Shown: positions 1-10,565 of the stretch, piece after piece
How the letters are laid out: the number at the start of each line of letters is the position of its first letter
Position numbering within the stretch: the first letter of the stretch is position 1
Assembly: GCA_963555825.3 (NCBI GenBank)
Contig: CAUVXB020000002.1
Coordinates: 3,360,001-3,424,000 of the forward strand
DNA from: Alphaproteobacteria bacterium
Lineage (GTDB): Bacteria > Pseudomonadota > Alphaproteobacteria > JAAXGF01
Length of the DNA: 64,000 nucleotides
Direction of reading: 5' to 3'
Made by a program: the position numbers and the translations under genes
The notes under the pieces: generated by a model
The model's database searches: none
The model's input: only the letters and a program-made list of their open reading frames with translations
What the model was told of the DNA's origin: nothing

Positions 1-178
1 TGCTCGAACATTACGGCGTCCAGGGCCTGCCGGCGCGGGTCCGGCGCCCGCGCGACAAGGGACTCGTCGAACAAGGAGTGCTTCACGTTGAGCGTAGGGT
101 CCTGGCGCCGCTGCGCAACCATGTCTTCCATGATTTGGCGTCGCTGAACCGCGCGACCGCCGCCCGGGTCCGGAAGAT
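1..178 (+). pseudogene. istA: IS21-family IstA transposase internal fragment (runs off window start)
   Basis: Frame 3 reads LEHYGVQGLPARVRRPRDKGLVEQGVLHVERRVLAPLRN, the IstA HYG..PAR...RDK..VE region; cut by GAGCTAT at 179. Confidence 0.7.
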
Positions 179-999
179 GAGCTATAGCTGAATCTTGACG
201 GGGCGGTAAAAAGTCGATTCCTCATGAGAGTCGGCTGGATTATAATTGTGCATGTTTACTTTACGCGACCGACGGACTGGGGAATTGTTTGATCGCTGGT
301 CCGATTTCGGGGACAAACGTCGGCGCCTGATGGAGCAATCCTGGGCCGGGGTTTTTCGGAACCATCTGCTTGTCGAACTTCCGGTTGACGATCTTTGCCG
401 TCACCTTGATGAACGCATGGGCCGACCATCGAAGGATCTACACGTTGTCATCGGGGTCTTGCTTTTGCAGCAGCTGCACGATCTGAGCGATGCAGAGACC
501 GTCGAGGCCCTGGCCTTCAATATGGCGTGGCACTATGCCTTGGACGTGCGCAGCGAAGCGGACAGCTATTTCTGTGAGAAAACCCTGCGCAACTATCGCC
601 GTCTGTTTATCGAACAAGGTCTCGATGAATTGCTGTTCCGGTGTTTGACGGATCGGCTGGTGCAGGGGTTCTCTGTCGATACCAGCCACCAACGCATGGA
701 TTCGACGGCCCTTCGTTCGGCAATGCGGGCGCTGACACGACTTGGTATCGTTGTTGAGAGCATCTCGAAGTTTGCCCGTGAGCTTGAGCGATATCATCCC
801 GGTCTGCACGAGCAGATCAGCAAGGAGGTGATCCGCCGCTATGTCGATCGCGAGGGTAATGGCGCGTTCGCGAATACGGCGCCGAGTGTTTCAAAACGGC
901 GCCTCGGCGAAGCGGGTCAGTATCTCCTAGCCCTGAGTCGGACCCGATTTCCTTGGACACAGAATTGGCTTAATCGAAGTGTCCAAGGAGGACCGGAAC

Positions 1000-1410
1000 A
1001 TGACCGACAATTTTGAGAACAAAGTTGCTGTTGATGGGCCTGTGGTAAACGAGGGCGAGCTTGGCTCGTCCACGTTTTCCCCGGGCCAGGTTTCGCCGGC
1101 AGGCCCGCTGGGACTTGGCCAGCGGTGGACGGTGACGCGCAAGCGTGAGGTTGCCCTGCGGCTTTTGCGTGGCGAGCCGGTGGAACTTTTGTCGCGGCAG
1201 TTGGGCGTGGAGATTTTCCGGCTCGAGCAGTGGCGTGAGAAGGCGATCGCCGGGATCGATGCCTCGCTCAAGGAACGCAAGGGCGATCCGGTGAAGGCGG
1301 AACTGGACATCGCCATGAAGCGGATCGGGGAGTTGATCATGCAGGTGGAACTGCTGGAGGCCAAGACGGAGACGTCCGGCCCTTTGGGGCGGCGGAGGTC
1401 GCGACGATGA
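1000..1410 (+). CDS. IS OrfA, HTH DNA-binding protein
   Basis: AGGAGG RBS before ATG 1000; RWTVTRKREVALRLLRGE..LSRQLGV HTH; ATGA overlap with OrfB. Confidence 0.8.
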   Translation: MTDNFENKVAVDGPVVNEGELGSSTFSPGQVSPAGPLGLGQRWTVTRKREVALRLLRGEPVELLSRQLGVEIFRLEQWREKAIAGIDASLKERKGDPVKAELDIAMKRIGELIMQVELLEAKTETSGPLGRRRSRR

Positions 1411-2318
1411 GTGCCGCCACCTCTCCCGGCACGGGTTTGGCCTACGGCCTCCAGCGGGTCTGTGCGGCCTGGGGTTTTGCCCGTTCCTCGTTCTACGCCA
1501 TGAAATCCCGGCAGCAGGCCACCGCTGAGCGCCCACCAGCAAAGCGCCGGGGACCGAAGCCCTCGATCTCGGACGAGGCTCTGCTGGTGGCCATCGAGGC
1601 CGACCTGGAGGCATCCCCCTGGGAGGGCGAGGGGCACCGCAAGGTCTGGGCTCGGCTTCGGGTCTGTCGTGGCATCCGTGTTTCCCGCAAGCGGGTGCTC
1701 CGGGTGATGCGCGAGAACAACCTGCTCTCGCCCCATCGCTGCCGCCGCCGTGGCGGAAATCCCCATGTCGGTGAGATCATCACCCATGCCCCCAACCTCA
1801 TGTGGGGCACGGACGGCGTTCGGGTGTTCACGGTGGACGACGGCTGGGGCTGGATATTCACCGCCATCGAGCATTGGAACGCCGAGTGCGTCGGCTGGCA
1901 TGTGTGCAAGCGAGGCGACCGCTTCGCCGCCCTTCAGCCGATCTCCATGGGGCTTGCGAGGCTGTATGCCTCGACCTCCGCCGGTGCGGCGCGGGGGCTG
2001 GCCTTGCGGATGGATCACGGCTCCCAGTATCTGTCGGACCACTTCACCAACCAGATCAAGTTCTGGGGCATCCAGCCGTCCTACGCCTTCGTCGAACAGC
2101 CCCAGACCAACGGCGTCGCCGAGAGGTTCAATCGCACGCTCAAGGAACAGATCATCCATGGCCGCATCTACCGCAACATCGCGGAGCTGCGGAACGCCGT
2201 CCGCGGGTTCGTCGAACAGTACAATGCCCAGTGGATCGTGGAGAAGAACGGCTACCTGAGCCCCGCTCAAGCTCGTCAGGCGTGGCACACCGCGATGTCA
2301 CTCAGGCCCGCCGCATGA
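1407..2318 (+). CDS. IS OrfB, rve/DDE transposase
   Basis: WGTD, MDHGSQY and NGVAERFNRTLKE DDE motifs. Confidence 0.9.
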   Translation: MSAATSPGTGLAYGLQRVCAAWGFARSSFYAMKSRQQATAERPPAKRRGPKPSISDEALLVAIEADLEASPWEGEGHRKVWARLRVCRGIRVSRKRVLRVMRENNLLSPHRCRRRGGNPHVGEIITHAPNLMWGTDGVRVFTVDDGWGWIFTAIEHWNAECVGWHVCKRGDRFAALQPISMGLARLYASTSAGAARGLALRMDHGSQYLSDHFTNQIKFWGIQPSYAFVEQPQTNGVAERFNRTLKEQIIHGRIYRNIAELRNAVRGFVEQYNAQWIVEKNGYLSPAQARQAWHTAMSLRPAA

Positions 2319-3449
2319 GACAAACTTGTGTCCAAGGAACCGGGTGCGATACAGTATCTCCTAGCCCTGGTGCTGCAATTCCGTGACACGGCGGCGGCAA
2401 AGCTTTTCAGTTTTGCGATCCTGGAGAGGGTTCTGCGCGATCAGTTCGAGATCGTTGATGATGAGTATGGCGATCGTGACGCAACGCGCGCCGCGATTCG
2501 AGATCCAAAGGATGTGCCGTGCGATACCGTCGGCAATCCGGCCGACCCGGACGCGAGCTACAACGCGCACAAGGGTCAAGGATACATGGCGCAGATCGTC
2601 GAAACCTATTGTGAAGATGACAGTAACGAGGCGGTTGCCGCGACACCGGACCTCATCACCCACGTGGAGGTCCACAAGATGACGGTGCATGACGGCCATC
2701 GCTTGGCCGATGCGCTGGATGATCTGAGCGAGCGCGCGCTGACGCCGGCGGTGATGCTGGGTGATTCACATTACGGTTCCAGTGACAACATGGCTCTGAC
2801 GCGCGAACAGAACATCAATCTCGTGGCGCCCGCACGACCGCCGAAAGGCGCCGTCTCGGGACGGTTGACGTTGGAGGATTTCACTCTCAACGAAGAAGGC
2901 TTGGTCTTGCGCTGTCCCAATAACGTCGAACCGGTTTCAGCCTCGCTCGCCAAAGCCAAGCTGCAGGCCCGTTTCGACCTCTCCATCTGCCAAAAATGTC
3001 CCGATATACTGCGATGTCCCGTGCAGGCGGCCAAGCGTGACGGCCAATTTTCCCGCTTTCAATATACCCCGGCCAGGGCTGCCAACCAAAAGCGCCGGCT
3101 TTATGAACAAAGCGATGCCTTCCGCAACGTCTACAGATGGCGGGCCGGCATAGAAGCGACCATGTCGCGATTAAAGTACCAGATGAACCTGGCTCACCTA
3201 CGCATTCGCGGCATGCCGGCCATGCGCTACGTGGTCAATCTGCGTGCCCTCGGCCTCAATATCCGACGCTGCGCGGCAATCGCACCATAAAAAACGAAGC
3301 CAAGGAGAAGCCAAGGGTAGGTAATATCAGGTTTTATCCACCAGCAACGCGGAGACAGGCAAATATTCTTCACCGAACCGCAAAGACCTGTACAAGCACG
3401 CCATCGGCCAACAACTTTTTACCGCCCCGTCAACTTTTGACAATAGCTC

Positions 3450-4762
3450 CGCAGTCGAGCTGTCCACTTATCCGCAGAGCGCCGGCCGGTCGCGTCGAAG
3501 CGGATCACGCGGCCCGCCTTTCGCTGCTTTCGATCGGCGTGCCGTCTTTCTTGTAGCGGGCCAGGCAGCGCTGGCCATGGAAGACGGCAAGGTCGCCGTC
3601 GGGATATTCGTGCACACTCACTTTGGCCTTGACGTAGTGGTGGCGATGGCGGCCTGCCGGGATCTGCAGGCTCAAGTTCTTGTAGCGCACCGTGTTGTCA
3701 TTGCCGACCACACGGTCCTCCTGCACACAGAGGATGTCCGCCAGGTTGCCGGCGAACGGCACGAAGGCGGAGCCTGTGTCCTCGGCCGGCCGGGCGAAGC
3801 GGGCATTGTGGGCCGGCAGGAAGTCCTCTTTCAGGAACCGGTTGGCGGCCGCCATATCGGTGATGCCGGCGAGCTCGAGTTCCTGCGGCAGGCGTTTCTG
3901 CAGGGTGCCGAACATGCGCTCCGAGCGGCCCCGGGCCTCCGGCGAATAGGCCGGGATCAGCTCAATACCGAGTTGCTGCAGGGCACGTCCGACCTGGGTT
4001 GGATTGTCCTTGTCGACCTTGCCGCCGGCCTCCGGCGTGTGCCAATAGTGCGAGGCCCGGTCTGCATAAAGCGAGCAGAACAGCCCCATGGCCGACCCCA
4101 CCTCCAGCAGCGCCACAAAGCTCGACATGGTGCCCTCCTCGGCGACGAAGAAGGCGGAATAGATCTCCGAAGTGGCATCGTCCATGGTCACGATCAGGTC
4201 CCAGTACTGACCCGGCACCCATTGGTGCGCGGAGCCGTCCTGGTGCAACATCATGCCGACCATCGGCCGGCGCGGCCGCTTGCGGCGGTGCACGCCGCGC
4301 CGCGGCGCCGGCGCGATCCGGCCGTGCGCCTGGAGCGTCAGCCGCACCCAGTTGTAACTGCGCGTGACGTCGTGCTTTGCAACCAGCTTCTCCCAGAAGT
4401 GCCAGGCGGTGAAATGCCGGTACCTGGTATCGAACAGATCCAACAGTGCCACCACCTCGTCGACCCCGGCGCGGCGCGCGGAAACCCGACCCAGGCGGCG
4501 GTCGTAAAGACCCTCCGCGCCCTCGGCCTCAAAGCGATCGCGCCAGCGTCGGAACGTGCGCTCGGACATGCCCAGGATCTCGGCTGCCTCCAGCTGGCTC
4601 AACTCACCCCTGTAGGTGCGTCCGTAAACCTCATCGAACTTCATCAATCTCAACCCCTGTAACTGCTCTGTCCGGCGCATCAGCTTCGCCACTTTCTGGA
4701 GGAGTTCTAATGCCGGACAGATCATTTGTTACATTGACCGGCCATATCACGTGTTATCGACA
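3450..4762 (-). mobile_element. IS1202-like (ISNCY/IS481-related) IS, right end truncated
   Basis: End GTGTTATCGACA at 4762; homologous to 57124-58513; cut at 3449 by an IS256 outer end. Confidence 0.8.
3505..4680 (-). CDS. IS1202/ISNCY-type DDE transposase
   Basis: N-terminal HTH (LSQLEAAEILGMSERTFRRW), HQDGS, MDDAT, YADR, SPEARGRSERMFGTLQKRL. Confidence 0.88.
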   Translation of the reverse strand: MRRTEQLQGLRLMKFDEVYGRTYRGELSQLEAAEILGMSERTFRRWRDRFEAEGAEGLYDRRLGRVSARRAGVDEVVALLDLFDTRYRHFTAWHFWEKLVAKHDVTRSYNWVRLTLQAHGRIAPAPRRGVHRRKRPRRPMVGMMLHQDGSAHQWVPGQYWDLIVTMDDATSEIYSAFFVAEEGTMSSFVALLEVGSAMGLFCSLYADRASHYWHTPEAGGKVDKDNPTQVGRALQQLGIELIPAYSPEARGRSERMFGTLQKRLPQELELAGITDMAAANRFLKEDFLPAHNARFARPAEDTGSAFVPFAGNLADILCVQEDRVVGNDNTVRYKNLSLQIPAGRHRHHYVKAKVSVHEYPDGDLAVFHGQRCLARYKKDGTPIESSERRAA

Positions 4763-4861
4763 GGAGCCACATCCGGATTCGCGGTGGGACGCCCATAGTG
4801 CTACCATCGTCGGCAACTGGGGAAGTTATCAGCGGAATCCCAGTCAAACTAGGAGGAGGAC

Positions 4862-6422
4862 ATGGTTCACAGACGATACGCACTTCGATCAATCGTCATG
4901 GCGTCGGCCTTTGCCATGGCCGGCATTGGGCTTCAACAAATCACACCGGCTTGGGCGGGGGGCGATAGCGACATCATCGTGGCCGTCACCAAGCTCACGA
5001 CGCACCTCGATCCGATGGGATCGAATTCGAACGTGAATGAACGCGTTTCGAACAACCTCGTCGAGACACTGCTCGAGTATGACGACGACCGGTAAATTGA
5101 AGCCGGGCCTGGCCGAAACCTGGAGCGTTAACGACGACGGCTCGTTGATCGTGAACATCCGCAAAGGGGTGAAATGCCACAATGGCGAGGACTTCAATGC
5201 CGAAGACATCGAGTACATGCTCGGCGCGGCGCGCTACAATGCGGAAGACGCGCCCGGACACGGAAACGCTGTTCAGTATATGGGCTCGATCAAAGAGGTA
5301 AAGGCGGTCAGCAGCCATACCGCTCACATCATCCCGCATGAACCGGACCCGCTCCTCGCACTGCGTTTCGCGAACTGGATGGGCCAAGTCCCTTGCGCAG
5401 ACGCGTACAAGGCCTCGGAGAGTTGGGAACAATGGGGACAGACCGTGGTCGGCACGGGCCCCTACAAGCTCGTCGGGTTCACGGCGGACGAGTTTCAAAA
5501 GTTTGAACGCTTCGATGGTTACTGGGGCGAAAAGGCGCCGCTCAAGTCCTTCACCTTGAGGGTCGTTCCGGAATTGGCGGCACGCGTGGCCGGTCTCTTC
5601 ACCGGTGAATACGACATCATCACCGAGATCGGGCCGGATCAGTTCAAGACGATCGCCGACAATGCCGGGACCGGAATCGCCGGCGGTCCGATCAACAATA
5701 TCCGGATCATCCCCTATGACACGCGCCACCCGGCACTCAGTGATCCGCGCGTTCGCCAAGCCATGAACATGGCGATAGACCGGCAGTTGATCGTCGATAC
5801 GCTTTATAGCGGACGTACGGTGGTTCCGAACGGCATGCAAATGAAGAGCTTCGGGACGATGTACATCGCCGATCATGCCGGCGGCAAATTCGATCCGGAC
5901 GGGGCCAGGGCGCTCTTGAAAGAGGCCGGCTACAATGGCGAGGAGATCTCGTACCGCTACCTCCAGGATTACTACACCAACGAGGTTTCTACCGCCCAGG
6001 TCCTGGCGGCGATGTGGAAGGACGTCGGTCTCAACGTCAAGATCGAGCTGATGGAGAATTGGTCTCAGATCGAGGATGCGACCGCCGACGAAGGACGCGG
6101 CGTCATCAACTGGTCGAGCACCGCCGTTTATCCGGATCCGATCGGCCAGCTGCTTCGGATGTTTGGACCGAACGGGTTTTTCCAGCGCAACGATTTTTGG
6201 AAGAACGCGAGGTTCAACGAGCTGGGTGACGTGCTCATGACCGCAAATCAAGATGCGCGGCACGACGCCATGGCGGAGATGCTGGAAATATTCGAAAAAG
6301 ATCCTCCGGCGACCTATCTGCATGTCTTGCCGATGTATTACGGCAAGCAGGATGCTGTCAGCTGGGAACCGTACGGCACCGCGTTCATGGATTTTCGCGC
6401 GGGCTCTATCAGTATAGACTAG
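4862..6422 (+). pseudogene. Family-5 (DppA/OppA-like) ABC substrate-binding protein, frameshifted near 5085
   Basis: Signal-peptide ORF 4862..5095 (AGGAGG RBS; LDPM..NLVETLL) continues in another frame (TGKLKPGLAETW, VGTGPYKL); break at GACGACGAC. Confidence 0.85.
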
Positions 6423-6546
6423 GAGTCGCAGCACCTTAGGCAAGGCGTGGAGGCGGGACCAAAACCGCCTTCACTGCCTTACCGTCACGAGGCGCCGGAA
6501 GGCAGGCGCCTCGGCGGTTGAGGTCTGGGCAGCACACGGCGGACAG

Positions 6547-7539
6547 ATGCTACGGATCCACGACTTGACGGTTTCGTTCGGAATTCCGCCGACGCTCTTG
6601 CACGTCGTCCATGGCGTCGATCTGGAGGTTGGCGATGGCGAGATTCTCGGACTGGTCGGAGAGAGTGGCAGCGGCAAGAGCCTGACCTGCCTTTCGATCA
6701 TGCAGCTCCTCGGCCCCAACGCCGTGTTGGAGGGCCGCATAGAATTCAACGACCAGGATATGCTTCAACTCGACGAAGCAGGGATCACGCGGATACGCGG
6801 GCGCGAGATCGCAATGATCTTCCAGGACGCCATGGGCTCGCTCAATCCAGTGCAAACCATCGGAAAACAACTCCGCGAGGCGTTGCGGTTGGACGCTGCG
6901 CCCGCTGACGACGCCGCCTCGAACGACGAACGATCGAAGAGCGAATCGATCCGGCTTCTCGGCGAGGTCGGCATCCCCGAACCGGCCGAGCGGCTGCGCG
7001 AGTATCCGCACCAGCTCTCGGGCGGGATGAATCAACGTGCCCTGATCGCCATGATGCTCGCGCGCAATCCGAGCCTGTTGATCGCCGACGAGCCGACGAC
7101 GGCGCTCGATGTGACGATTCAAGCGCAGATCCTTCGTTTGCTCGGGGATCTGAGAGATCACCGCGGCATGTCGATTATTCTGGTCACTCACGATCTCGGC
7201 GTCGTGGCCGAGACCTGCGATCGCGTTGCGGTGATGTATTGCGGCCGCGTCGTCGAAACCGGAACCGTCGATGAGGTGTTCAAGGCACCGCGTCATCCCT
7301 ACACCCTGGGGCTTTTGAATTCGAGGCCACGGATAGATCGGGAGGTGAAAGCGCTGCAGCCGATCGAAGGCGTGGTGCCCTCGCCTTTCGCGATGCCCCC
7401 GGGCTGCGCGTTCCAGCCACGGTGCCCCCGGGCGACAGAGGCTTGCGGCCGCGAACAACCGAGCTTCGAGCGCGATACGATGGGGCATGGATTTATGTGC
7501 TTTCATCCCGCGACGAACAGCGCCGAGCGGTCCGGGTGA
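6547..7539 (+). CDS. Peptide/nickel ABC transporter ATPase (DppD-like)
   Basis: GESGSGKS, LSGGM, LIADEPT, C-terminal Cys cluster. Confidence 0.95.
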   Translation: MLRIHDLTVSFGIPPTLLHVVHGVDLEVGDGEILGLVGESGSGKSLTCLSIMQLLGPNAVLEGRIEFNDQDMLQLDEAGITRIRGREIAMIFQDAMGSLNPVQTIGKQLREALRLDAAPADDAASNDERSKSESIRLLGEVGIPEPAERLREYPHQLSGGMNQRALIAMMLARNPSLLIADEPTTALDVTIQAQILRLLGDLRDHRGMSIILVTHDLGVVAETCDRVAVMYCGRVVETGTVDEVFKAPRHPYTLGLLNSRPRIDREVKALQPIEGVVPSPFAMPPGCAFQPRCPRATEACGREQPSFERDTMGHGFMCFHPATNSAERSG

Positions 7540-8552
7540 CGAGCGTGACGGCCTCTTACATCGCCGATCCGAACGACATGCCGGTCCTCCAGGTCGAGAA
7601 CCTCACGCGTCATTTTAGTGCCGGCCGGCGCAGCCTTTTCGGCGAACGGCAAACCGTGAAGGCCGTGGACGGCATATCCTTCGAGGTGAAGCGGGGCGAA
7701 GTGTTCGGCATCGTGGGGGAGAGCGGATGCGGTAAGTCCACGGCATCCAAGGCCATCCTCAACATTCATCCTCCGCAAGCGGGCCACGTCAGGCTCAACG
7801 GCATCGACCTGACGGCGCTCTCCGAACGAGAATGGCGCGAGATGCGCCAGAGGATTCAGTATGTGTTCCAGGATCCTCTTGGCGCGCTCGATCCGCGTAT
7901 CAAGGTGATCGATCAGGTGATCGAGCCGCTGAAGATTCATCGCATGGGCACGCCATTGGAATGCAAGGAAACGGCCTTCAGGCTGCTTCATTCGGTCGGG
8001 CTGCTCGACGAGCAGCTGGCGAAGTACCCCCATGAGCTCAGCGGCGGCCAGCGCCAGCGTGTCGTGCTCGCCCGCGCGCTCATTCTCGAACCGGAGCTGT
8101 TGATCTGCGACGAACCGATCTCCGCGCTCGACGTCTCGATCCAGGCGCAGGTGGTCACCCTGCTGCAACGCCTGCGCGCCGAGCTTGGCCTAACGATTCT
8201 TTTTATCAGTCACGATCTCAGCATCGTGCGTTACCTCTGTGATCGTGTCGCGGTGATGTATCTCGGGCAGATCGTCGAGATGGCGTCCGTCACGGAGCTC
8301 TTCGAATCCCCCAAACACCCGTATACCCGGGCGCTGATCTCGGCGATCCCGATTCCGGAACCGGGGATGGAGCGTGAGCACATCTTCCTGGAGGGCGAAC
8401 CTCCGAGCCCGATCGATCCGCCGCCGGCCTGCCGGTTTCACGTGCGGTGTCCTTTCAGCGCTCCGTTGTGCGGCCAACGGGCGCCGGAAATGATCACCTA
8501 CCCCGGCGGTCGCATGGTCGCGTGTCACCTGGTCAGCGGGGAGATCGGCTGA
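7536..8552 (+). CDS. Peptide/nickel ABC transporter ATPase (DppF-like)
   Basis: GESGCGKS, LSGGQRQR, ICDEP; GTGA overlap with the upstream gene. Confidence 0.95.
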   Translation: MTSVTASYIADPNDMPVLQVENLTRHFSAGRRSLFGERQTVKAVDGISFEVKRGEVFGIVGESGCGKSTASKAILNIHPPQAGHVRLNGIDLTALSEREWREMRQRIQYVFQDPLGALDPRIKVIDQVIEPLKIHRMGTPLECKETAFRLLHSVGLLDEQLAKYPHELSGGQRQRVVLARALILEPELLICDEPISALDVSIQAQVVTLLQRLRAELGLTILFISHDLSIVRYLCDRVAVMYLGQIVEMASVTELFESPKHPYTRALISAIPIPEPGMEREHIFLEGEPPSPIDPPPACRFHVRCPFSAPLCGQRAPEMITYPGGRMVACHLVSGEIG

Positions 8553-9484
8553 TGTCCCTGGTGTTCTATGCGCAGAAGATTTTCCGCGCACTGCTCACCG
8601 TGTGGGCCGTCGTCACCTTCGTTTTCATAATCCTTCGAATCTCGGGTGATGCGGCGATCGAAATCCTCGGCGTCGACATCGGCCCGGAGGCGATCGAAGC
8701 CTTCAGGCGGCGATGGGGGCTCGATCAACCGATATGGAAGCAATACCTGATCTATTTCGGCAATCTGCTCCAGGGCGATTTCGGCATCTCCTTGGTCGAC
8801 GGGCGGCCCGCATTGGAGGTCGTGCTCGATCGCGTCCCGAAGACCCTGGCCCTCATGGTGCCGACGACCATTCTCACCCTTGGGATCGGTATTCCCGCCG
8901 GCATTTACGCGGCCCTGCACCGCAACAGCTGGATCGACCGTGGCACCATGGCCGTCTCCGTCATGAGTTTCAGCCTGCCAAACTTCGTGGTCGGTATATT
9001 CCTCATCCTGCTGTTCTCGGTGACCTTGAGATTGCTGCCGACCGCGGGGAGCGAGACCTGGCTGCACTACATCATGCCGGTGATCACGATGTCGACCGCC
9101 GACGCGGCCATCTTCGCGCGCTTCAGTCGCTCGGCCATGCTCGAAGTCCTCAACCAGCCTTACATGCGAACCGCACTCGCCAAAGGCATCCCGTGGCCCA
9201 CCGCCGTGCGGCGGCACGCCGTGCCGAACACGGCGATTCCCACGGTCACCATCGCCGGCTTCTTCGTCGGCTCGATGATCGCGGGCGGCGTGATCACCGA
9301 GAACGTGTTCGCCTGGCCGGGTGTCGGGCGCTTGTTGGTTTCCGCCGTCGGCTACCGGGACACGGCGGTGGTCCAAGTCATCATGATCCTGATCGCGGTA
9401 TCGATGGTCACCACGAACCTCGTTATCGACATCATGTACGGCTGGCTCGACCCCAGGGTGCGCAGCCTGAGAACCGGTGATTAG
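8552..9484 (+). CDS. ABC transporter permease (DppB-like)
   Basis: GLDQP..QY, GDFGIS, EAA-like YMRTALAKG, ENVFAWPGVG, DPR end. Confidence 0.93.
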   Translation: MSLVFYAQKIFRALLTVWAVVTFVFIILRISGDAAIEILGVDIGPEAIEAFRRRWGLDQPIWKQYLIYFGNLLQGDFGISLVDGRPALEVVLDRVPKTLALMVPTTILTLGIGIPAGIYAALHRNSWIDRGTMAVSVMSFSLPNFVVGIFLILLFSVTLRLLPTAGSETWLHYIMPVITMSTADAAIFARFSRSAMLEVLNQPYMRTALAKGIPWPTAVRRHAVPNTAIPTVTIAGFFVGSMIAGGVITENVFAWPGVGRLLVSAVGYRDTAVVQVIMILIAVSMVTTNLVIDIMYGWLDPRVRSLRTGD

Positions 9485-9495
9485 GAGGCGCGCGG

Positions 9496-10392
9496 ATGAC
9501 CGAACGGCCTGAAGCGACAGCAAGCGTCGAGATCGCGAAGCGCGGCGGGATCATCCGTTCGATCCGGAACCTTCCGTTCATGGTCGTGCTGTCCGCCATG
9601 TCTCTCTTCGGCCTGATCGTGGTGGCGCTCGGCGCCGACTGGATCGCGCCTTACGACTACCAGGCGATCGACCTACGCGGGCGCCTCGTCCCGCCGTTCT
9701 GGGCCGAAGGCGGCAGCGTGGTACACCTCCTGGGCACTGACGACCTGGGCCGCGACATGCTCAGCCGCCTGATCTCCTCCGTGCGCATGAGCCTGTTCGT
9801 TGCGCTGCTGGGCACGGTGATCGGCGCCATACTCGGCACCACCCTGGGTTTCATGGCGGCCCATTTCCGCGGTTGGGTGGATGACCTGGTGATGGCCGCC
9901 ATCGATTTTCAGGCGGCGCTTCCGTTCATGATCCTGGCGCTTGCGGTCGTGGCGACACTCGGCAACAGCCTCACGCTCTTCATCGGGCTTATGGGGATCT
10001 ACGGCTGGGAACGGTATGCGCGCCTGACGCGCGGTTTGACCCTGTCGGCGGTCACCCACGGATACGCCGTCGCCGTGCGGACACTGGGCGCCGGGCCCCT
10101 GCGGATTTACGGGCGGCACATCCTGCCGAATATAGCCAATGCCTTGATCGTCAACATGACGCTCAACTTCCCGCAGACCATTCTGTTGGAAACATCCCTC
10201 AGCTTCCTCGGCCTCGGCATACAGCCACCGCTGACGAGCCTCGGGAACATGGTGGGATTCGGTCGGGACTACCTGCTGACCGCGTGGTGGATCGCCGTCT
10301 TCCCCGCCCTCGCGATCTTCCTCGCGACGCTTGCAATGAGCATTTTGGGCGATTGGGTCCGCGACCGGCTCGACCCCACATTAAAGGACTAG
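9496..10392 (+). CDS. ABC transporter permease (DppC-like)
   Basis: HLLGTDDLGRD, HILPN, LSFLGLG, GD..RDRLDP. Confidence 0.93.
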   Translation: MTERPEATASVEIAKRGGIIRSIRNLPFMVVLSAMSLFGLIVVALGADWIAPYDYQAIDLRGRLVPPFWAEGGSVVHLLGTDDLGRDMLSRLISSVRMSLFVALLGTVIGAILGTTLGFMAAHFRGWVDDLVMAAIDFQAALPFMILALAVVATLGNSLTLFIGLMGIYGWERYARLTRGLTLSAVTHGYAVAVRTLGAGPLRIYGRHILPNIANALIVNMTLNFPQTILLETSLSFLGLGIQPPLTSLGNMVGFGRDYLLTAWWIAVFPALAIFLATLAMSILGDWVRDRLDPTLKD

Positions 10393-10405
10393 AGTAAATC
10401 CGGGC

Positions 10406-10565
10406 ATGGGATCTCGCCACCTCACTTCCGGTGACAATTTCACCGAGACCTATGTCAACCTGCCCTCGTTGGTGACCGGTTCCACGCCATCGCGGCACGG
10501 AATGATCGCCAACTACTACCTGGATCCGAATGTCGACCCGCGCGAGCGCTTCGAGGGCTCCAGCG
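10406..10565 (+). pseudogene. Alkaline-phosphatase-superfamily (NPP/phosphodiesterase-like) fragment
   Basis: ETYVNLPSLVTG.TPSRHGMIAN nucleophile motif; N-terminal metal-binding DG motif missing; cut by IS6. Confidence 0.55.

Larger units (their letters stand above)
934..2353 (+). mobile_element. Two-ORF IS3/IS481-like IS, copy 1 (1420 bp), 14-bp TSD
   Basis: Ends TGAGTCGGACCCGATTTCCTTGGACAC ... GTGTCCAAGGAACCGGGTGCGATACA; TSD GTATCTCCTAGCCC at 920-933 and 2354-2367. Confidence 0.92.
252..3290 (+). pseudogene. DDE transposase (DUF772-like N-terminus, DDE_Tnp_1_6-like C-terminus) split by IS insertion
   Basis: ORFs 246..1016 and 2328..3290 are the two halves of the 536-aa ORF at 44273..45883. 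Confidence 0.9.
197..3431 (+). mobile_element. IS1182/IS5-like IS, copy 1 (1801 bp plus nested IS), flanked by 18-bp IS256 outer ends (179-196, 3432-3449)
   Basis: TIRs GACGGGGCGGTAAAAAG / CTTTTTACCGCCCCGTC; matches the intact copy at 44132-45932 once the nested IS and its TSD are removed. Confidence 0.85.

Noticed and set aside
927-2288. Long antisense ORFs over transposase and ABC genes (also 4995..6443, 16654..18000, 19904..21130, 42313..43767)
   Set aside because: High-GC shadow frames opposite genes with clear motifs.
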